A stretch of DNA of 64,000 bases, taken from a virus. The first letter of the stretch is position 1. The number at the start of each line of letters is the position of its first letter. The notes under the pieces are model-generated. The model was given only the letters and a program-made list of their open reading frames with translations. It was not told the DNA's origin and did not search any database. Both the position numbers and the translations under genes were made by a program. Where the stretch lies: the IMG/VR virus record IMGVR_UViG_3300046314_000658, one strand, 5' to 3'. Shown here piece after piece: positions 17,771-27,840 of the stretch.

Positions 17771-19081
17771 TTAGGTTAAACCAAGTAGATCCATCATCGA
17801 TGCTTTCACAGGTGTGGCATCTCTTTGTGGTCTATCAAATGCGCCTTTTTCTTGTGGATTGAAAATCCTCAAGGATTTCGCATCCCAGCCAACATTGACG
17901 ATACTACCAACACCACCCGAACTTCGGGTTTTCAGAAACTGAAAACCGATTTGACCAGCAGCACGCATCGCATCTGTTAAGTGAATGGCAAGTGTCCAGT
18001 CACTAGAACGAATCTTTTCTGCACCACCAGCTTGGTGACTTTGATCATACACTTCAACAGATGCAGCTGCTTTCGTCAGCTGGCTTGCAGTCAGTCCAAT
18101 CATATCATATTCACCAAGCAAGTCGTAAAACTCTTCTGTAATGAACTTGTCGCGTGTACCGATGTTCTCCGAAGACACTTTTTGGATTGGATACAGTTTG
18201 TCGAGATAGTCGAGGACGATGATGTCTGGTATCCAACCTTTTTGAATTTCAATTTCCTTGATTAGTGCACGGATATCATTTGCAGTAGAACCAAGCCGAA
18301 TCTTCTTGATGACCATTTCTCCAGAGACGCCAACCAATCCATTGACAGCGGCTTGACCGAGTTCAGGATGACGACTAAGTTCTACTGAACTTTTCTTCGA
18401 TACAATCATCTGCGCGCGCTTATCAATCATTGGCTCATTCAATTCCAGTGACACATACAGGCAGTTGAGAAACTTACCGTTTAACCCCCGTTGTTTCATC
18501 ATATTGAGAGCGAAGTTGAGAATCGATACGGATTTACCACCACCAGAAATAGCGAGCACAAGCAGCATTTCACCACGTGCCACACCACCATCCATTTTTT
18601 TATCAATCTCCGGATAACCGAGTGAATAACGGATAGCATTTTCCTGCACCTCTTGACGAGATTCGATGTCTTGCAAGAATGAGATGCCGATGTTGCTATC
18701 TACCTTAATCGAGATCGCACTTCGAACCAAGTGTTCCAACTGGTCATACTGCTCCGACATAATCAATGTTGGAGATTGCTCTAAAATTATGTTGCGTAAA
18801 GCACTCTGACGACAAAAAGTTTGGATTTGGTCTTGTGTGTACTTAACCTCATCCCCTAGCAGTGCTTTCACTTTTTTGAGTTTAAGCTTTGTATCAGATT
18901 CAATGATATCAATCGACGGGATTCCGTTATATTTCTCGTGATACTCTTTGATGAAGGTAACAGCTTTGCGAAATTCTGGATCAAAGTATTCTGGTTGAAT
19001 GATTGGCAAAGTTTTGGTGAATAGCTTAGCATCTGCTACCCACAATGAGATTAGCATTTCTTGTTGTTTATTGTCAAGCAT
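17771..19081 (-). CDS. Replicative DnaB-like helicase (T4 gp41-like)
   Basis: AISGGGKS Walker A, SLEL, IVLDYLD, TASQL, KTR. Confidence 0.9.
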   Translation of the reverse strand: MLDNKQQEMLISLWVADAKLFTKTLPIIQPEYFDPEFRKAVTFIKEYHEKYNGIPSIDIIESDTKLKLKKVKALLGDEVKYTQDQIQTFCRQSALRNIILEQSPTLIMSEQYDQLEHLVRSAISIKVDSNIGISFLQDIESRQEVQENAIRYSLGYPEIDKKMDGGVARGEMLLVLAISGGGKSVSILNFALNMMKQRGLNGKFLNCLYVSLELNEPMIDKRAQMIVSKKSSVELSRHPELGQAAVNGLVGVSGEMVIKKIRLGSTANDIRALIKEIEIQKGWIPDIIVLDYLDKLYPIQKVSSENIGTRDKFITEEFYDLLGEYDMIGLTASQLTKAAASVEVYDQSHQAGGAEKIRSSDWTLAIHLTDAMRAAGQIGFQFLKTRSSGGVGSIVNVGWDAKSLRIFNPQEKGAFDRPQRDATPVKASMMDLLGLT

Positions 19082-20026
19082 TTAGTATATTACGAATGGT
19101 TTTCGAAGTTCTTCTACAATAGTAGAGTTTGCAACAACCAGTTGGTTGTTGTCAACAACGAGGTCCCCTAAACGAATAGTCGAATTGCGAATAATGCGAT
19201 CTTGCACAACGTCTGCTGCAGCTGACTTGTCTGAGGTAGCTAGCGGCAACACAACCGTTGGTAGCGTCGACCCTGTTAATAACAGCGAATTGCCTTTTTG
19301 CAATAGGTACGTCGGAATCACAGCTGAGTACAGGAAATATGGTTTCTCCAGTGCAATCACCTTATAGTGTGTCCACAGTGTACCCCCAATCGGCACATTA
19401 GATGTAGTCCATCCTGTGGATTGAAAGTGGTTAATGAAGTCTAATTGTGTATACAACGTATCAAGCGATGTTAGTGATTTATAAGACAATGTTGCTGTAA
19501 AGGACGATGCTTCAATGTCAGCAGCAATTGTCAAAATATTTGACGTTAGTAAGCTCGGTGCTGTCCACGACGTAGACGGTACCACAAGTGTGGGTGGATT
19601 AAACTGATTATCAGTAACAACTGCAACACCTGTTTGTGGAGTTAGAAGATCGATTATAACAGTATCAGCTGTTTGAGATACAACGGTAAAAGCAGTGGTT
19701 TTAACACGACTGATTCCACCGCTTGTGTTGGCCTCTACAAAAATCTCAACAATCAGCGAACCAATGTGGCCAAAATTGTGAGTAAGCACAATTGTTCGAA
19801 CAGAAGTGAATGAGGTTTTATAGACCTTAGGTGTTTGTCGCCAGGTGATATGACTGCGTGCCGTAACATCAGCATTCGGATCAACAGACAGTACTCCAAC
19901 GCACCCTGGTGTAAGCGTGCAACGATTGAAGAATGTAATAGCTCCAGGAACAACGGATCTGTAATCCGCCTTTGCACATATACTACACTTAAAAATCTTT
20001 TTTATGTTTGCGCGCTTGTTACTCAT
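19082..20026 (-). CDS. Hypothetical, probably structural protein
   Basis: N-terminal CxxC...C..GC cluster; T/V-rich beta content. Confidence 0.55.
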   Translation of the reverse strand: MSNKRANIKKIFKCSICAKADYRSVVPGAITFFNRCTLTPGCVGVLSVDPNADVTARSHITWRQTPKVYKTSFTSVRTIVLTHNFGHIGSLIVEIFVEANTSGGISRVKTTAFTVVSQTADTVIIDLLTPQTGVAVVTDNQFNPPTLVVPSTSWTAPSLLTSNILTIAADIEASSFTATLSYKSLTSLDTLYTQLDFINHFQSTGWTTSNVPIGGTLWTHYKVIALEKPYFLYSAVIPTYLLQKGNSLLLTGSTLPTVVLPLATSDKSAAADVVQDRIIRNSTIRLGDLVVDNNQLVVANSTIVEELRKPFVIY

Positions 20027-20508
20027 TGCAGTTCTTTCAATAGGTCACCAAATCGAGGGTATGCGGCGGTGCGTATCGCAACATACTTCTGCACCCCAAA
20101 TATGTGAACTGGAATCTTTTTCTCCGCCACATATTTTATATCAACCACTTGACTAAATCGATCTGTAATAATTTGCTCAAGTAGTAGTGGTTGAAGTGCG
20201 TTTGCAACAACATCACCACGCTCAAATACCATAGGTCGCCAATCAAACTTATTGAATGGTAGAACATATACACTAGATTGTGACTGCACCCAATCAATCT
20301 CAATTGATCGAGCCAGAACATCCTTTATTCCAACAATTTTCTCGATGATAACCTCTGTCGGAGAATGAATGTAATCACGATGACGGACCTTGACTACTGA
20401 CATTACTTTTGCACAAGGTGGACGGCTTTTGATTAAGCAAGTGCCTTCGCCAATTACTTGGCTACAGTGTTGTTTGATGAATTCGCGCTGAGTAGTAGTT
20501 AGATACAC
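20023..20508 (-). CDS. Hypothetical protein
   Basis: ATGA-coupled to the next gene; late motif upstream. Confidence 0.55.
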   Translation of the reverse strand: MYLTTTQREFIKQHCSQVIGEGTCLIKSRPPCAKVMSVVKVRHRDYIHSPTEVIIEKIVGIKDVLARSIEIDWVQSQSSVYVLPFNKFDWRPMVFERGDVVANALQPLLLEQIITDRFSQVVDIKYVAEKKIPVHIFGVQKYVAIRTAAYPRFGDLLKELQ

Positions 20509-20532
20509 TATGTGTTAACGTGATGCGTGAAC

Positions 20533-20550
20533 TATTTAGTCACATAAATA
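20533..20550. promoter_or_regulatory. Back-to-back divergent late promoters
   Basis: tatttag (CTAAATA on minus) and cataaata (plus) at the strand switch. Confidence 0.65.
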
Positions 20551-20574
20551 ACGCATACACTATTTTATGACACT

Positions 20575-21528
20575 ATGAAATTCTCACAATATTTATCTGA
20601 AGGCATTCGAGCAGCAGATTTCGAAAAGGCTGTTGGCACGATTGTTCAATATCTGCAAAAACAACTGGGTACAATGTATCGGTATCCACAGATTGAGCAC
20701 TACAGTGGTTCACAGGGTCAAGGGATTGGGTTGCGATATTTTCTGCAAGATGGCACTAGCTTGCGTTTCAATTGGACTTCAACGTCTGCATCTTCCAAGC
20801 TAGATTCGATCTCAATTTGGGATGGTTCGTCTCGTCACCCTAATTTCCAGATTCGTGGTATTGGGGATGTGCCACTTGGTCAACTGTCACTCGCAAAGAT
20901 CCTCCCAACACTTGCTCAAACTATCAAAAATCCAAAAGTTGGTGAAGTTGAGTTGTCTACACAAGAGTCAATCAGCGTACTGGCTGATTTGGATACCCAA
21001 CTATCCGAGAGCGTGTTGAACGAAGATGCATTCGATGATGTCGTCGGGGCGCTTGAACAAGGTGCTGTATCTGGCTACACATTCTCAAAGATGGGCCGTA
21101 ACCAAGAGCGTATCTTCAAAGAGATTCTAGCTGCTCATAAAGACGAGTTTGAAACCAAGGTCGATGGTGCTGGACGTCAACGGTACACATTCACAGGCGA
21201 GCTCGGCGAAATTAGCCGGGATGATATCGTGGGCAATGTAGTTGGCAACCAACAAAAGAGTGGTCGTCTTGGACTATCCGTTTCAGTCGGCGGTAACGAG
21301 AGCACAACAACAGATGGTGAAGATGCTGCAGCAAAGCAGTTCCCAGGTGCGCCAGCTCGGGTACCGTACGAAGAGCAGTTGGATGATATGAAGTCAATCA
21401 TCAATGCTGTTGTGAAAGGTGCGAGTAACTTCTCTGTGATATTAGGAGCTGGTGGACTTGGTAAATGTGCAAGTTCTGCGGTGTTATTGAATGGATCATT
21501 TAAAAACTGGGAAAAATCCCTCGCCTAA
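20575..21528 (+). CDS. AAA+ ATPase N-extein plus 20-aa split intein IntN
   Basis: Ends VILGAGGLGK|CASSAVLLNGSFKNWEKSLA*; Cys1 codon at 21466. Confidence 0.8.
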   Translation: MKFSQYLSEGIRAADFEKAVGTIVQYLQKQLGTMYRYPQIEHYSGSQGQGIGLRYFLQDGTSLRFNWTSTSASSKLDSISIWDGSSRHPNFQIRGIGDVPLGQLSLAKILPTLAQTIKNPKVGEVELSTQESISVLADLDTQLSESVLNEDAFDDVVGALEQGAVSGYTFSKMGRNQERIFKEILAAHKDEFETKVDGAGRQRYTFTGELGEISRDDIVGNVVGNQQKSGRLGLSVSVGGNESTTTDGEDAAAKQFPGAPARVPYEEQLDDMKSIINAVVKGASNFSVILGAGGLGKCASSAVLLNGSFKNWEKSLA

Positions 21529-21608
21529 AATACTTGCAGCCATTATCCATAAATAGTACTATTAATATACAGCAGCTAGTTCGCTGCATATATTTTTAGG
21601 GACTAACA

Positions 21609-22925
21609 ATGAATGTTACCAACACCAAGCGCAAGAGCAAACACGAGCAACACACTACCGTCATACAGACGATCAACACTCCCGATCAGTTACTCGAATA
21701 CGCATTTGCAAAAGAGTTTCTCAATAGGGGAGATTGGAAGGGTTGGCACCCAGATGTAAAACAGCGTGCATTGCAGCTACTTGAGCTACCAGAGTGTAGT
21801 ATTACGAATTTTAATCTCAAAGTTCGGTTTGATGTACTAAATCCGAATCGCACTGCAAAACCAAATAACGTCGAACATTGGATCAATCGAGGTTGGACCG
21901 AAGCAGATGCAATGCTGCACATCAAAGCTATGCAAAAAGCTCGCAACAATAAAAAACAAGAAATGTTAACCCCCGAATACTGGGTACGAACTGGGTTGAC
22001 TCTACAGGAGGCGCAACAGAAAGCTGATGATTGTAGATTCGGTAATACAGCCAGGCGACCAGAATATTGGATTAAACAAGGTATGTCTGTAGACGAAGCA
22101 AAGACGAAAGTATCTCAACACCAAAGCGCACACTCTCCTAAAACAGTTGGATATTGGACTGCGCAAGGGTTAACAGATGAACAAGCTACTAATAAAGTGT
22201 CAGAAGTGCAAACCAGTGCAGCAGCAATTGCAAAGCAGAAATGGAAGGATGGATTAATCGACAAAGCCACTCGTAACACCAATCTTGAATATTGGATCAA
22301 GAAAGCAAATGGTGATAAATTGCGAGCAAGAAAGTTGCTACGAGAGCGGCAGAGTACGTTTTCATTAGAAAAGTGTATAGCTACGCATGGAGAATTGAGG
22401 GGGACCCAAATGTGGGAACAACGACAAGAGAAATGGCAGACTACGATGCAGTCAAAGCCCCCCGAGGAGTTGTTGCGGATATCTAGAGCAAAGCAGGTGC
22501 GTGGGAATGGGTTGCGATATGGTGTGGTATCACAACAGCTGTTCTGGGAGGTATTTAATATCACCCAACCTCTGGGGTATGCTATTTATTTTGCTGAACT
22601 TGATCAAAAAACGAAAGTAAAAGCCATTCAAGGTAATCATGAATTTGTAATGTTCTGCGATGATGTGGTATATCGTCCGGATTTTTACATACCAGACATT
22701 GGCGTGTGGGTAGAGTTTGATGAGAAACATCACTGGGGGTGTACAGCAGCAAAAGCAAGCGACGTAATTAGAGAGACTAATATTAAACGAGTATTGAAAG
22801 ATGTCACATTCATTCGCATCAAAGAAACAGAATTTGCAGACAATCCAGAAGATTGTGTGACGAAAATAGTTGATGTGATCTTAGCAAAACATCTCCAATA
22901 CGAAGCAGCTCTCCAACAAGACTAA
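21609..22925 (+). CDS. Free-standing Vsr/DUF559-like homing endonuclease inside the fractured ATPase gene
   Basis: Repeated (E)YW..G.T..EA helical repeats; YRPDFY...VEFDEKHHW...D..R...FIRIKE nuclease domain. Confidence 0.75.
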   Translation: MNVTNTKRKSKHEQHTTVIQTINTPDQLLEYAFAKEFLNRGDWKGWHPDVKQRALQLLELPECSITNFNLKVRFDVLNPNRTAKPNNVEHWINRGWTEADAMLHIKAMQKARNNKKQEMLTPEYWVRTGLTLQEAQQKADDCRFGNTARRPEYWIKQGMSVDEAKTKVSQHQSAHSPKTVGYWTAQGLTDEQATNKVSEVQTSAAAIAKQKWKDGLIDKATRNTNLEYWIKKANGDKLRARKLLRERQSTFSLEKCIATHGELRGTQMWEQRQEKWQTTMQSKPPEELLRISRAKQVRGNGLRYGVVSQQLFWEVFNITQPLGYAIYFAELDQKTKVKAIQGNHEFVMFCDDVVYRPDFYIPDIGVWVEFDEKHHWGCTAAKASDVIRETNIKRVLKDVTFIRIKETEFADNPEDCVTKIVDVILAKHLQYEAALQQD

Positions 22926-22954
22926 ATACACGATACTACACTTCTACTACCACT

Positions 22955-24037
22955 ATGGATACTACTGCATTGAAACTTGAGACCAAATCGTTTGGTGAAC
23001 TGGCCGACCTAATTAAGCAACATCTCAATATTACAGAGTTAGAACTGAATAGACTATACGACATTCGCAAGTTCGAGTGGACTGTTCAGGATCATAACGA
23101 TACTCCTATTCCAATTATTGGACTAATTCGCAAGCATAGTAAAGCAATTGCTTTTGAATTCAGCGATGGTAGTGAAATTATTACTTCCACCCACCACCTA
23201 TTTGCCACTGACGATAGGTGCGATGTTACATTTGCTGCAGAGCTAGCGGTTGGTGATAGTATTACCAAAATTAGTGGTGAAAAAGTTACAGTAGTATCAG
23301 CAACTGCGCTACCAGAGCAAGATGTGTACGACATCCAAGTTAAGTCTCACAAGATGTTGTATCGCGATGCAGCTGGTTTTGTGCACCACAATACTCATAC
23401 TGTTGAAGAAACACTTGGAGAACTTGGCTTAGAAGACGGGAATGGATACTTCAAAAACACATCGAGCGGCTCTGCAGCTGGATTGTACAAGACTCTATTC
23501 ATGAACCGTACTGGCATTGTGGTGTTAGATGACTGTGATACGATTGTTGCCACACAAGAAGGTCGCAATCTATTGAAGGCTGCACTAGACACCAAAAAGA
23601 AACGGAAACTCGTCTGGGCAAAAATGGGTTCTTGGTTGTTTGACCCAGCTGATGAAGAGGAGATGGCAAAGGCACAAGACTCCATCGCGGTTGGTGAAGA
23701 ACCAGAGATGTTCCCACGATACTTCGACTTTGAAGGTCGTGTGATTATGATTAGCAACTTACCAGCAGAAACACTTGATCCAGATGGTGCACTAGCCACG
23801 CGCGGATTCATCATCACATTAAATCCAACGAAGGATGAAGTGTTTGCATTCATGCGTAAAATTGCACCGAAAATCCCCGTTGAAGGTCGTCAACTAACTG
23901 ATGCTGAGCGTAATGAAGTTGTTGATATGCTTGAGAAGCAATCTGGTACCGCCAATATTCGAAAATTAGTTCGAGGTCTCAATATGTGTGCCAGTGGGAC
24001 CCCTAATTGGCAAAGAATTGTCGAGCGTTATTGCTAA
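22955..24037 (+). CDS. Split intein IntC (146 aa) plus AAA+ ATPase C-extein
   Basis: STHHLF (block B), VYDIQV (block F), HHN|T junction at 23392; then VVLDDCD Walker B, FEGRVIMISN sensor I, ALATR arginine finger. Confidence 0.85.
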   Translation: MDTTALKLETKSFGELADLIKQHLNITELELNRLYDIRKFEWTVQDHNDTPIPIIGLIRKHSKAIAFEFSDGSEIITSTHHLFATDDRCDVTFAAELAVGDSITKISGEKVTVVSATALPEQDVYDIQVKSHKMLYRDAAGFVHHNTHTVEETLGELGLEDGNGYFKNTSSGSAAGLYKTLFMNRTGIVVLDDCDTIVATQEGRNLLKAALDTKKKRKLVWAKMGSWLFDPADEEEMAKAQDSIAVGEEPEMFPRYFDFEGRVIMISNLPAETLDPDGALATRGFIITLNPTKDEVFAFMRKIAPKIPVEGRQLTDAERNEVVDMLEKQSGTANIRKLVRGLNMCASGTPNWQRIVERYC

Positions 24038-24040
24038 AAT

Positions 24041-24066
24041 AAAGGACCAAATGCTGGTCCTTTTTT
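24041..24066 (+). terminator. Rho-independent terminator
   Basis: AAAGGACCA-loop-TGGTCCTTTTTT. Confidence 0.75.
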
Positions 24067-24156
24067 GTTGCACTAGTATGCAACTATCATAAATAGAAGT
24101 GCGAGCCACGATGTACCACCATCCGCTCGCTCTAATGCTAACAAGGAGCAATCAGC

Positions 24157-24392
24157 ATGACTATTTATACAATATATTTGGTGATGAATGTTGTTATGTA
24201 GATAGCTCAACAATTGCTACCGACAACATAGTTAAGGGTTCTCGCGCAATTATTACACCGTTAGGAAGAGTTGGCAGTGTTGCTATTGCGTCAAAGGCTG
24301 CTAGCTTAAATCCATCAACAATCAACAGGCGTCTTAACAGTCCTAATTATCCCGATTGGTGTTTTGCTAATGAAGAGTTGATACACACCTAA
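24157..24392 (+). pseudogene. Internally deleted homing endonuclease remnant
   Basis: AAGGAG SD then MTIYTIYLVMNVVM* (GIY-like start); NUMOD1/HTH-like C-terminus (IITPLG..SVAIASKA..LNPSTINRRLNS.NYPDW) in another frame. Confidence 0.6.
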
Positions 24393-24417
24393 ATATGTCA
24401 ACACATACGCTCAATAT

Positions 24418-25023
24418 ATGAAAGTCACCACTGTTTTATCACTACTAGAAGCAAAGGTAGCACCACTGTATCACGGTACAACTGCTGACAGTGCTGAAAA
24501 AATACTAGCAACCAACAACCTTACAGCTAGGGCTGAGATTGAACCAAATGCACTCAGGTACATGCGCGGTGCTCGAACTGGTGATAAGTCAGTTAGTTTT
24601 AGCAGAAGCATTAGTGCTGCGCGAGCATTCGCATCAGGAGCGCCACGCAGAACCGGAATTTCCGGTGTTGTATTTGTGATTGATCAAGCTCTACTAAGCA
24701 GAGACATTGGAAGACGACTCAACCCATATAATGACCTAACTGCATCTAGTAGTACTGCATCCAGAGGAGCAGGTTCGACAGAATATGAGGAGACTGTGGT
24801 TGGCGATGTGCGGAATTTTAACAAATATGTTAGTAAAATTATCGTGTTTGTGCACCCGCAATATAAAGATATGTTAGATCCTGAAATGTTCCCAACACTA
24901 CTGAATAACCCAAAAACAATCCTAACAACAAATACTACCATCAAAGACTTGCCAAATGTGTATGATAGATTCGCATCAGCAAAGGAATTGGAATTCCAAC
25001 AGCAGCATGACACTGCTAAATAA
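24418..25023 (+). CDS. ADP-ribosyltransferase-fold putative internal head protein
   Basis: LYHGT, SVSFSRS, VVFVID and EYEE motifs; MKVTTVLSLLE|A start. Confidence 0.6.
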   Translation: MKVTTVLSLLEAKVAPLYHGTTADSAEKILATNNLTARAEIEPNALRYMRGARTGDKSVSFSRSISAARAFASGAPRRTGISGVVFVIDQALLSRDIGRRLNPYNDLTASSSTASRGAGSTEYEETVVGDVRNFNKYVSKIIVFVHPQYKDMLDPEMFPTLLNNPKTILTTNTTIKDLPNVYDRFASAKELEFQQQHDTAK

Positions 25024-25041
25024 ATCATCAATGGACTTTAT

Positions 25042-26667
25042 ATGCTAGTAAATTTTAGGCACGGTATAGTATCTGCCACGCAAAATGCAACACAACAACC
25101 TCGATTCTTGCAAATGCAAGGTCAGGTGGTTAAAATAATTGCAACCAACACTCCAGTTGTATTGACAATTGCACACAGGCAATCAAACTACCTAGTTACA
25201 ATCGAGCAAGATGTTGATACAGCTTGGGTGGGTGTTAGTGCAGCACTAACTTATCTATATGTAGATATTAACCTAAAGACGGGTGTAGTATCGTACGGGC
25301 ACACAACAACTCCACCTTTGATACAATCAACACTACCAACTAATGCAATTAACGGTCAACACTGGTTTGATCCGAGTATCGACACAATGCGCATCAGAGG
25401 GATTGGTGCATGGCAAGAGTGTGCTAGATTGTTCGTTGGGACAGTCGTGGGTGGAATTGCAACCTGCTCTCCATTTGGTTCTCAAATCGGAAAAACCGGT
25501 AACTTTCCAACTGGGAAACTTGCGTTTGATGGTAGTGGAAAGCCAATTTCAAAAAGCACGGGAGAGTTTTGGACAACGGATGATGTGTTTTATGTAAACG
25601 GCACAATATCTGCACCATATGCATTTGGCACGCAACTACAAGTCGCGTCAACAGCAGAAGTAGTAACTCCAATGTCAGTGGTAGCGTATAGTGGCAATAC
25701 ATTCAACACAGTGCGACTAGCACAACCTAGCGATACTGGATACGCAACACTTGCTATAGCAATGGCCGGCGTTAGCGCAGGTGAAAAAGTTAGTGTCGTG
25801 TGCAACGGAGTCATTGTTAACCCAGCGTGGGCGTTTGTAAATCCGAATAGCTTAGTTTGGGTAGGCCAAAATGGAGTAATATCAACCACTCCCGACCCTG
25901 TTAACACATCTCAGCCGATTGGGCGTGTAATAGATGCAAACACTATCGTATTTAACCCTCCGATTAGTGTTAGTGCTGGTACAGGTAGCGGTAGTGGACA
26001 GATGGGACCAAGAGGACCAGAAGGTGCACAAGGGCCTGCCGGAGCTACTGGATTACCAGGGGCGCAAGGTCCTGCCGGTCCTGCAGGAGCAGATTCTACA
26101 GTAGCAGGTCCTGTGGGACCAACCGGCGCCAATGGTACTGGTGGAGTACGGCGGCAAATCATGTATGTAACGTCAGGGTTGGTCGGGTTCGGATCGATAA
26201 CAACTAGTTGGCCAGAAGTTGATGAATTGTATACTCCTGCTGATAGATTAGTTACATACGACGCATATAGTGGTATGTTTACCTTTTTAAAGGCAGGGTC
26301 GTGGAAAATTACTATGGCAGTTAACTACGGATTTCCGGTTGGTGGAAATCTTCCAATGGGAGCATCTACGTATATTAGCAGGATTGACTACGTTAGTGGC
26401 GGCGCTTACTGGCGGCGCAATGAACATCGGTGTCGATTGATGCTCGACAACACTGCATATTTAAGTAGTGACGTATTAATTGGAGGAATAGATGGGTATG
26501 CAGACTTCTTTGTCAAAGAGGTTGGGGAAAATTCTCAGTTCCTAATCGAGATGAGGTCTGAAACTGACGTCAATTCAACCACATACAGTAGCAATCCAGT
26601 TGGGTTAACATACTCTGCGCTTGTTGCTTTCGAACTCGTCGATGAATACGCCCCAAACAACGTATAA
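25042..26667 (+). CDS. Fibre/structural protein with a short collagen-like repeat
   Basis: G-x-y repeat [28 protein letters not shown]; GQHWFD motif; beta-rich C-terminus. Confidence 0.7.
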   Translation: MLVNFRHGIVSATQNATQQPRFLQMQGQVVKIIATNTPVVLTIAHRQSNYLVTIEQDVDTAWVGVSAALTYLYVDINLKTGVVSYGHTTTPPLIQSTLPTNAINGQHWFDPSIDTMRIRGIGAWQECARLFVGTVVGGIATCSPFGSQIGKTGNFPTGKLAFDGSGKPISKSTGEFWTTDDVFYVNGTISAPYAFGTQLQVASTAEVVTPMSVVAYSGNTFNTVRLAQPSDTGYATLAIAMAGVSAGEKVSVVCNGVIVNPAWAFVNPNSLVWVGQNGVISTTPDPVNTSQPIGRVIDANTIVFNPPISVSAGTGSGSGQMGPRGPEGAQGPAGATGLPGAQGPAGPAGADSTVAGPVGPTGANGTGGVRRQIMYVTSGLVGFGSITTSWPEVDELYTPADRLVTYDAYSGMFTFLKAGSWKITMAVNYGFPVGGNLPMGASTYISRIDYVSGGAYWRRNEHRCRLMLDNTAYLSSDVLIGGIDGYADFFVKEVGENSQFLIEMRSETDVNSTTYSSNPVGLTYSALVAFELVDEYAPNNV

Positions 26668-27328
26668 TTTAACAGTTGTTACTCACACTAGACTGCATAA
26701 TCCGTATCCTAATTTATTGGAGCGGTGTAAGCAGTCTGTTGCAATAGCATTACCACCAAACTCACAGCATCTAATATTAGTCAACAACCCAACAGATGGT
26801 GTGAAGTTTTCAGAGTTCTTTGCGCACTTACGGTATAGTGCCCTACAATACAGTCGGTATATCGCGTTTGTAGATGATGATGATTACATTCATCCCGACT
26901 CATTAACACTGTGTATGGATGCACTATCACAAACTGGAGCAGGTGCTGCCGTGACAAACGAAGTTATGGTAGATGTTGACGGAAAGCATCTGTCAGCAAA
27001 CCGATATCCTCGGTACTACTGTGGCGTGGGGATGCACCCACGGAACATCCACCACTTAACGGTGTTCAAAAGAGACTTTGTGCAACCAGTTGCGTTAGAG
27101 TTAGCGCTACAGTTTGGCGCTGGTATTGAATGGACGATGAAGGCGTCAGCTTGTCTGACTGGTGGGGCTGTTCACGTTCCGATTGATGGATATTACTGGA
27201 CACAACACGAGAGCAGACCAGGAGCACAACCAAACCTTCGTCAGCAACACGCAAATAAAATTTTACCACTCGGAAACGCTATTAAAAATGCATTCCCGAG
27301 TAGATTTGGACGAATTCCAACTGTTTAA
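26642..27328 (+). CDS. Glycosyltransferase family 2 (GT-A)
   Basis: LLERCKQSV, YIAFVDDDDYIHPDSL, VHVP..GYYW.QH. Confidence 0.8.
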   Translation: MNTPQTTYNLTVVTHTRLHNPYPNLLERCKQSVAIALPPNSQHLILVNNPTDGVKFSEFFAHLRYSALQYSRYIAFVDDDDYIHPDSLTLCMDALSQTGAGAAVTNEVMVDVDGKHLSANRYPRYYCGVGMHPRNIHHLTVFKRDFVQPVALELALQFGAGIEWTMKASACLTGGAVHVPIDGYYWTQHESRPGAQPNLRQQHANKILPLGNAIKNAFPSRFGRIPTV

Positions 27329-27840
27329 ATCGGCTTGGTAAAATAGGCGTGCGCTTCTAGATCACTATTTGGTACACCAAATATCCTCAGTGCTTCGCAC
27401 AAATTTACCAATGTAAACCCCGTTGCACCCGACGTATTCACAAAGTGTGGTAACTGATGGGGAAGCATGTCACTATCATCATCGATAATAACATAGTTAG
27501 AAACCTCAGGATGAGCATTCAGCCAGTCCTCAATTTCATCACCACGTACAGTACCAATTCCACCTCGTCCAGTTTTTCCAGTAAATGGAGCATCTACCCA
27601 ACCATATGATGTGAAGATATCTACGAACTCTTGCAGCGAGTAGTTCATTCTCCAAGTGCTTGATACGACGATTTTTGCATCAGTTGCATCAATGAGGTAC
27701 TTTAGCAATCCAATGGCGACAGGGTCAAGACGGTCGGCCTCGCTGTAAATCGTTTTTGATGGACCACGTAGGTGGTGGTACGCAACCATCGATGAGACGG
27801 AGTTTAGTACACCGTCTATGTCCAACACAACGCAGTTCAT
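27325..27840 (-). CDS. HAD phosphatase (Swiss-Army-Knife RNA-repair-like HAD)
   Basis: LDIDGVLN, IVVSSTWR, RGDEI..WL, YVIIDDDSD. Confidence 0.85.
   Translation of the reverse strand: MNCVVLDIDGVLNSVSSMVAYHHLRGPSKTIYSEADRLDPVAIGLLKYLIDATDAKIVVSSTWRMNYSLQEFVDIFTSYGWVDAPFTGKTGRGGIGTVRGDEIEDWLNAHPEVSNYVIIDDDSDMLPHQLPHFVNTSGATGFTLVNLCEALRIFGVPNSDLEAHAYFTKPI

Noticed and set aside
21529-22954. Group I intron explanation for the interrupted ATPase and nrdB genes
   Set aside because: Non-coding flanks are only about 0-80 nt with no visible intron core, and the flanking ORFs carry intein motifs and their own starts
24099-24392. 97-aa ORF-track protein as an intact gene
   Set aside because: Its start lies in the structured leader; the SD-linked ATG at 24157 is in another frame
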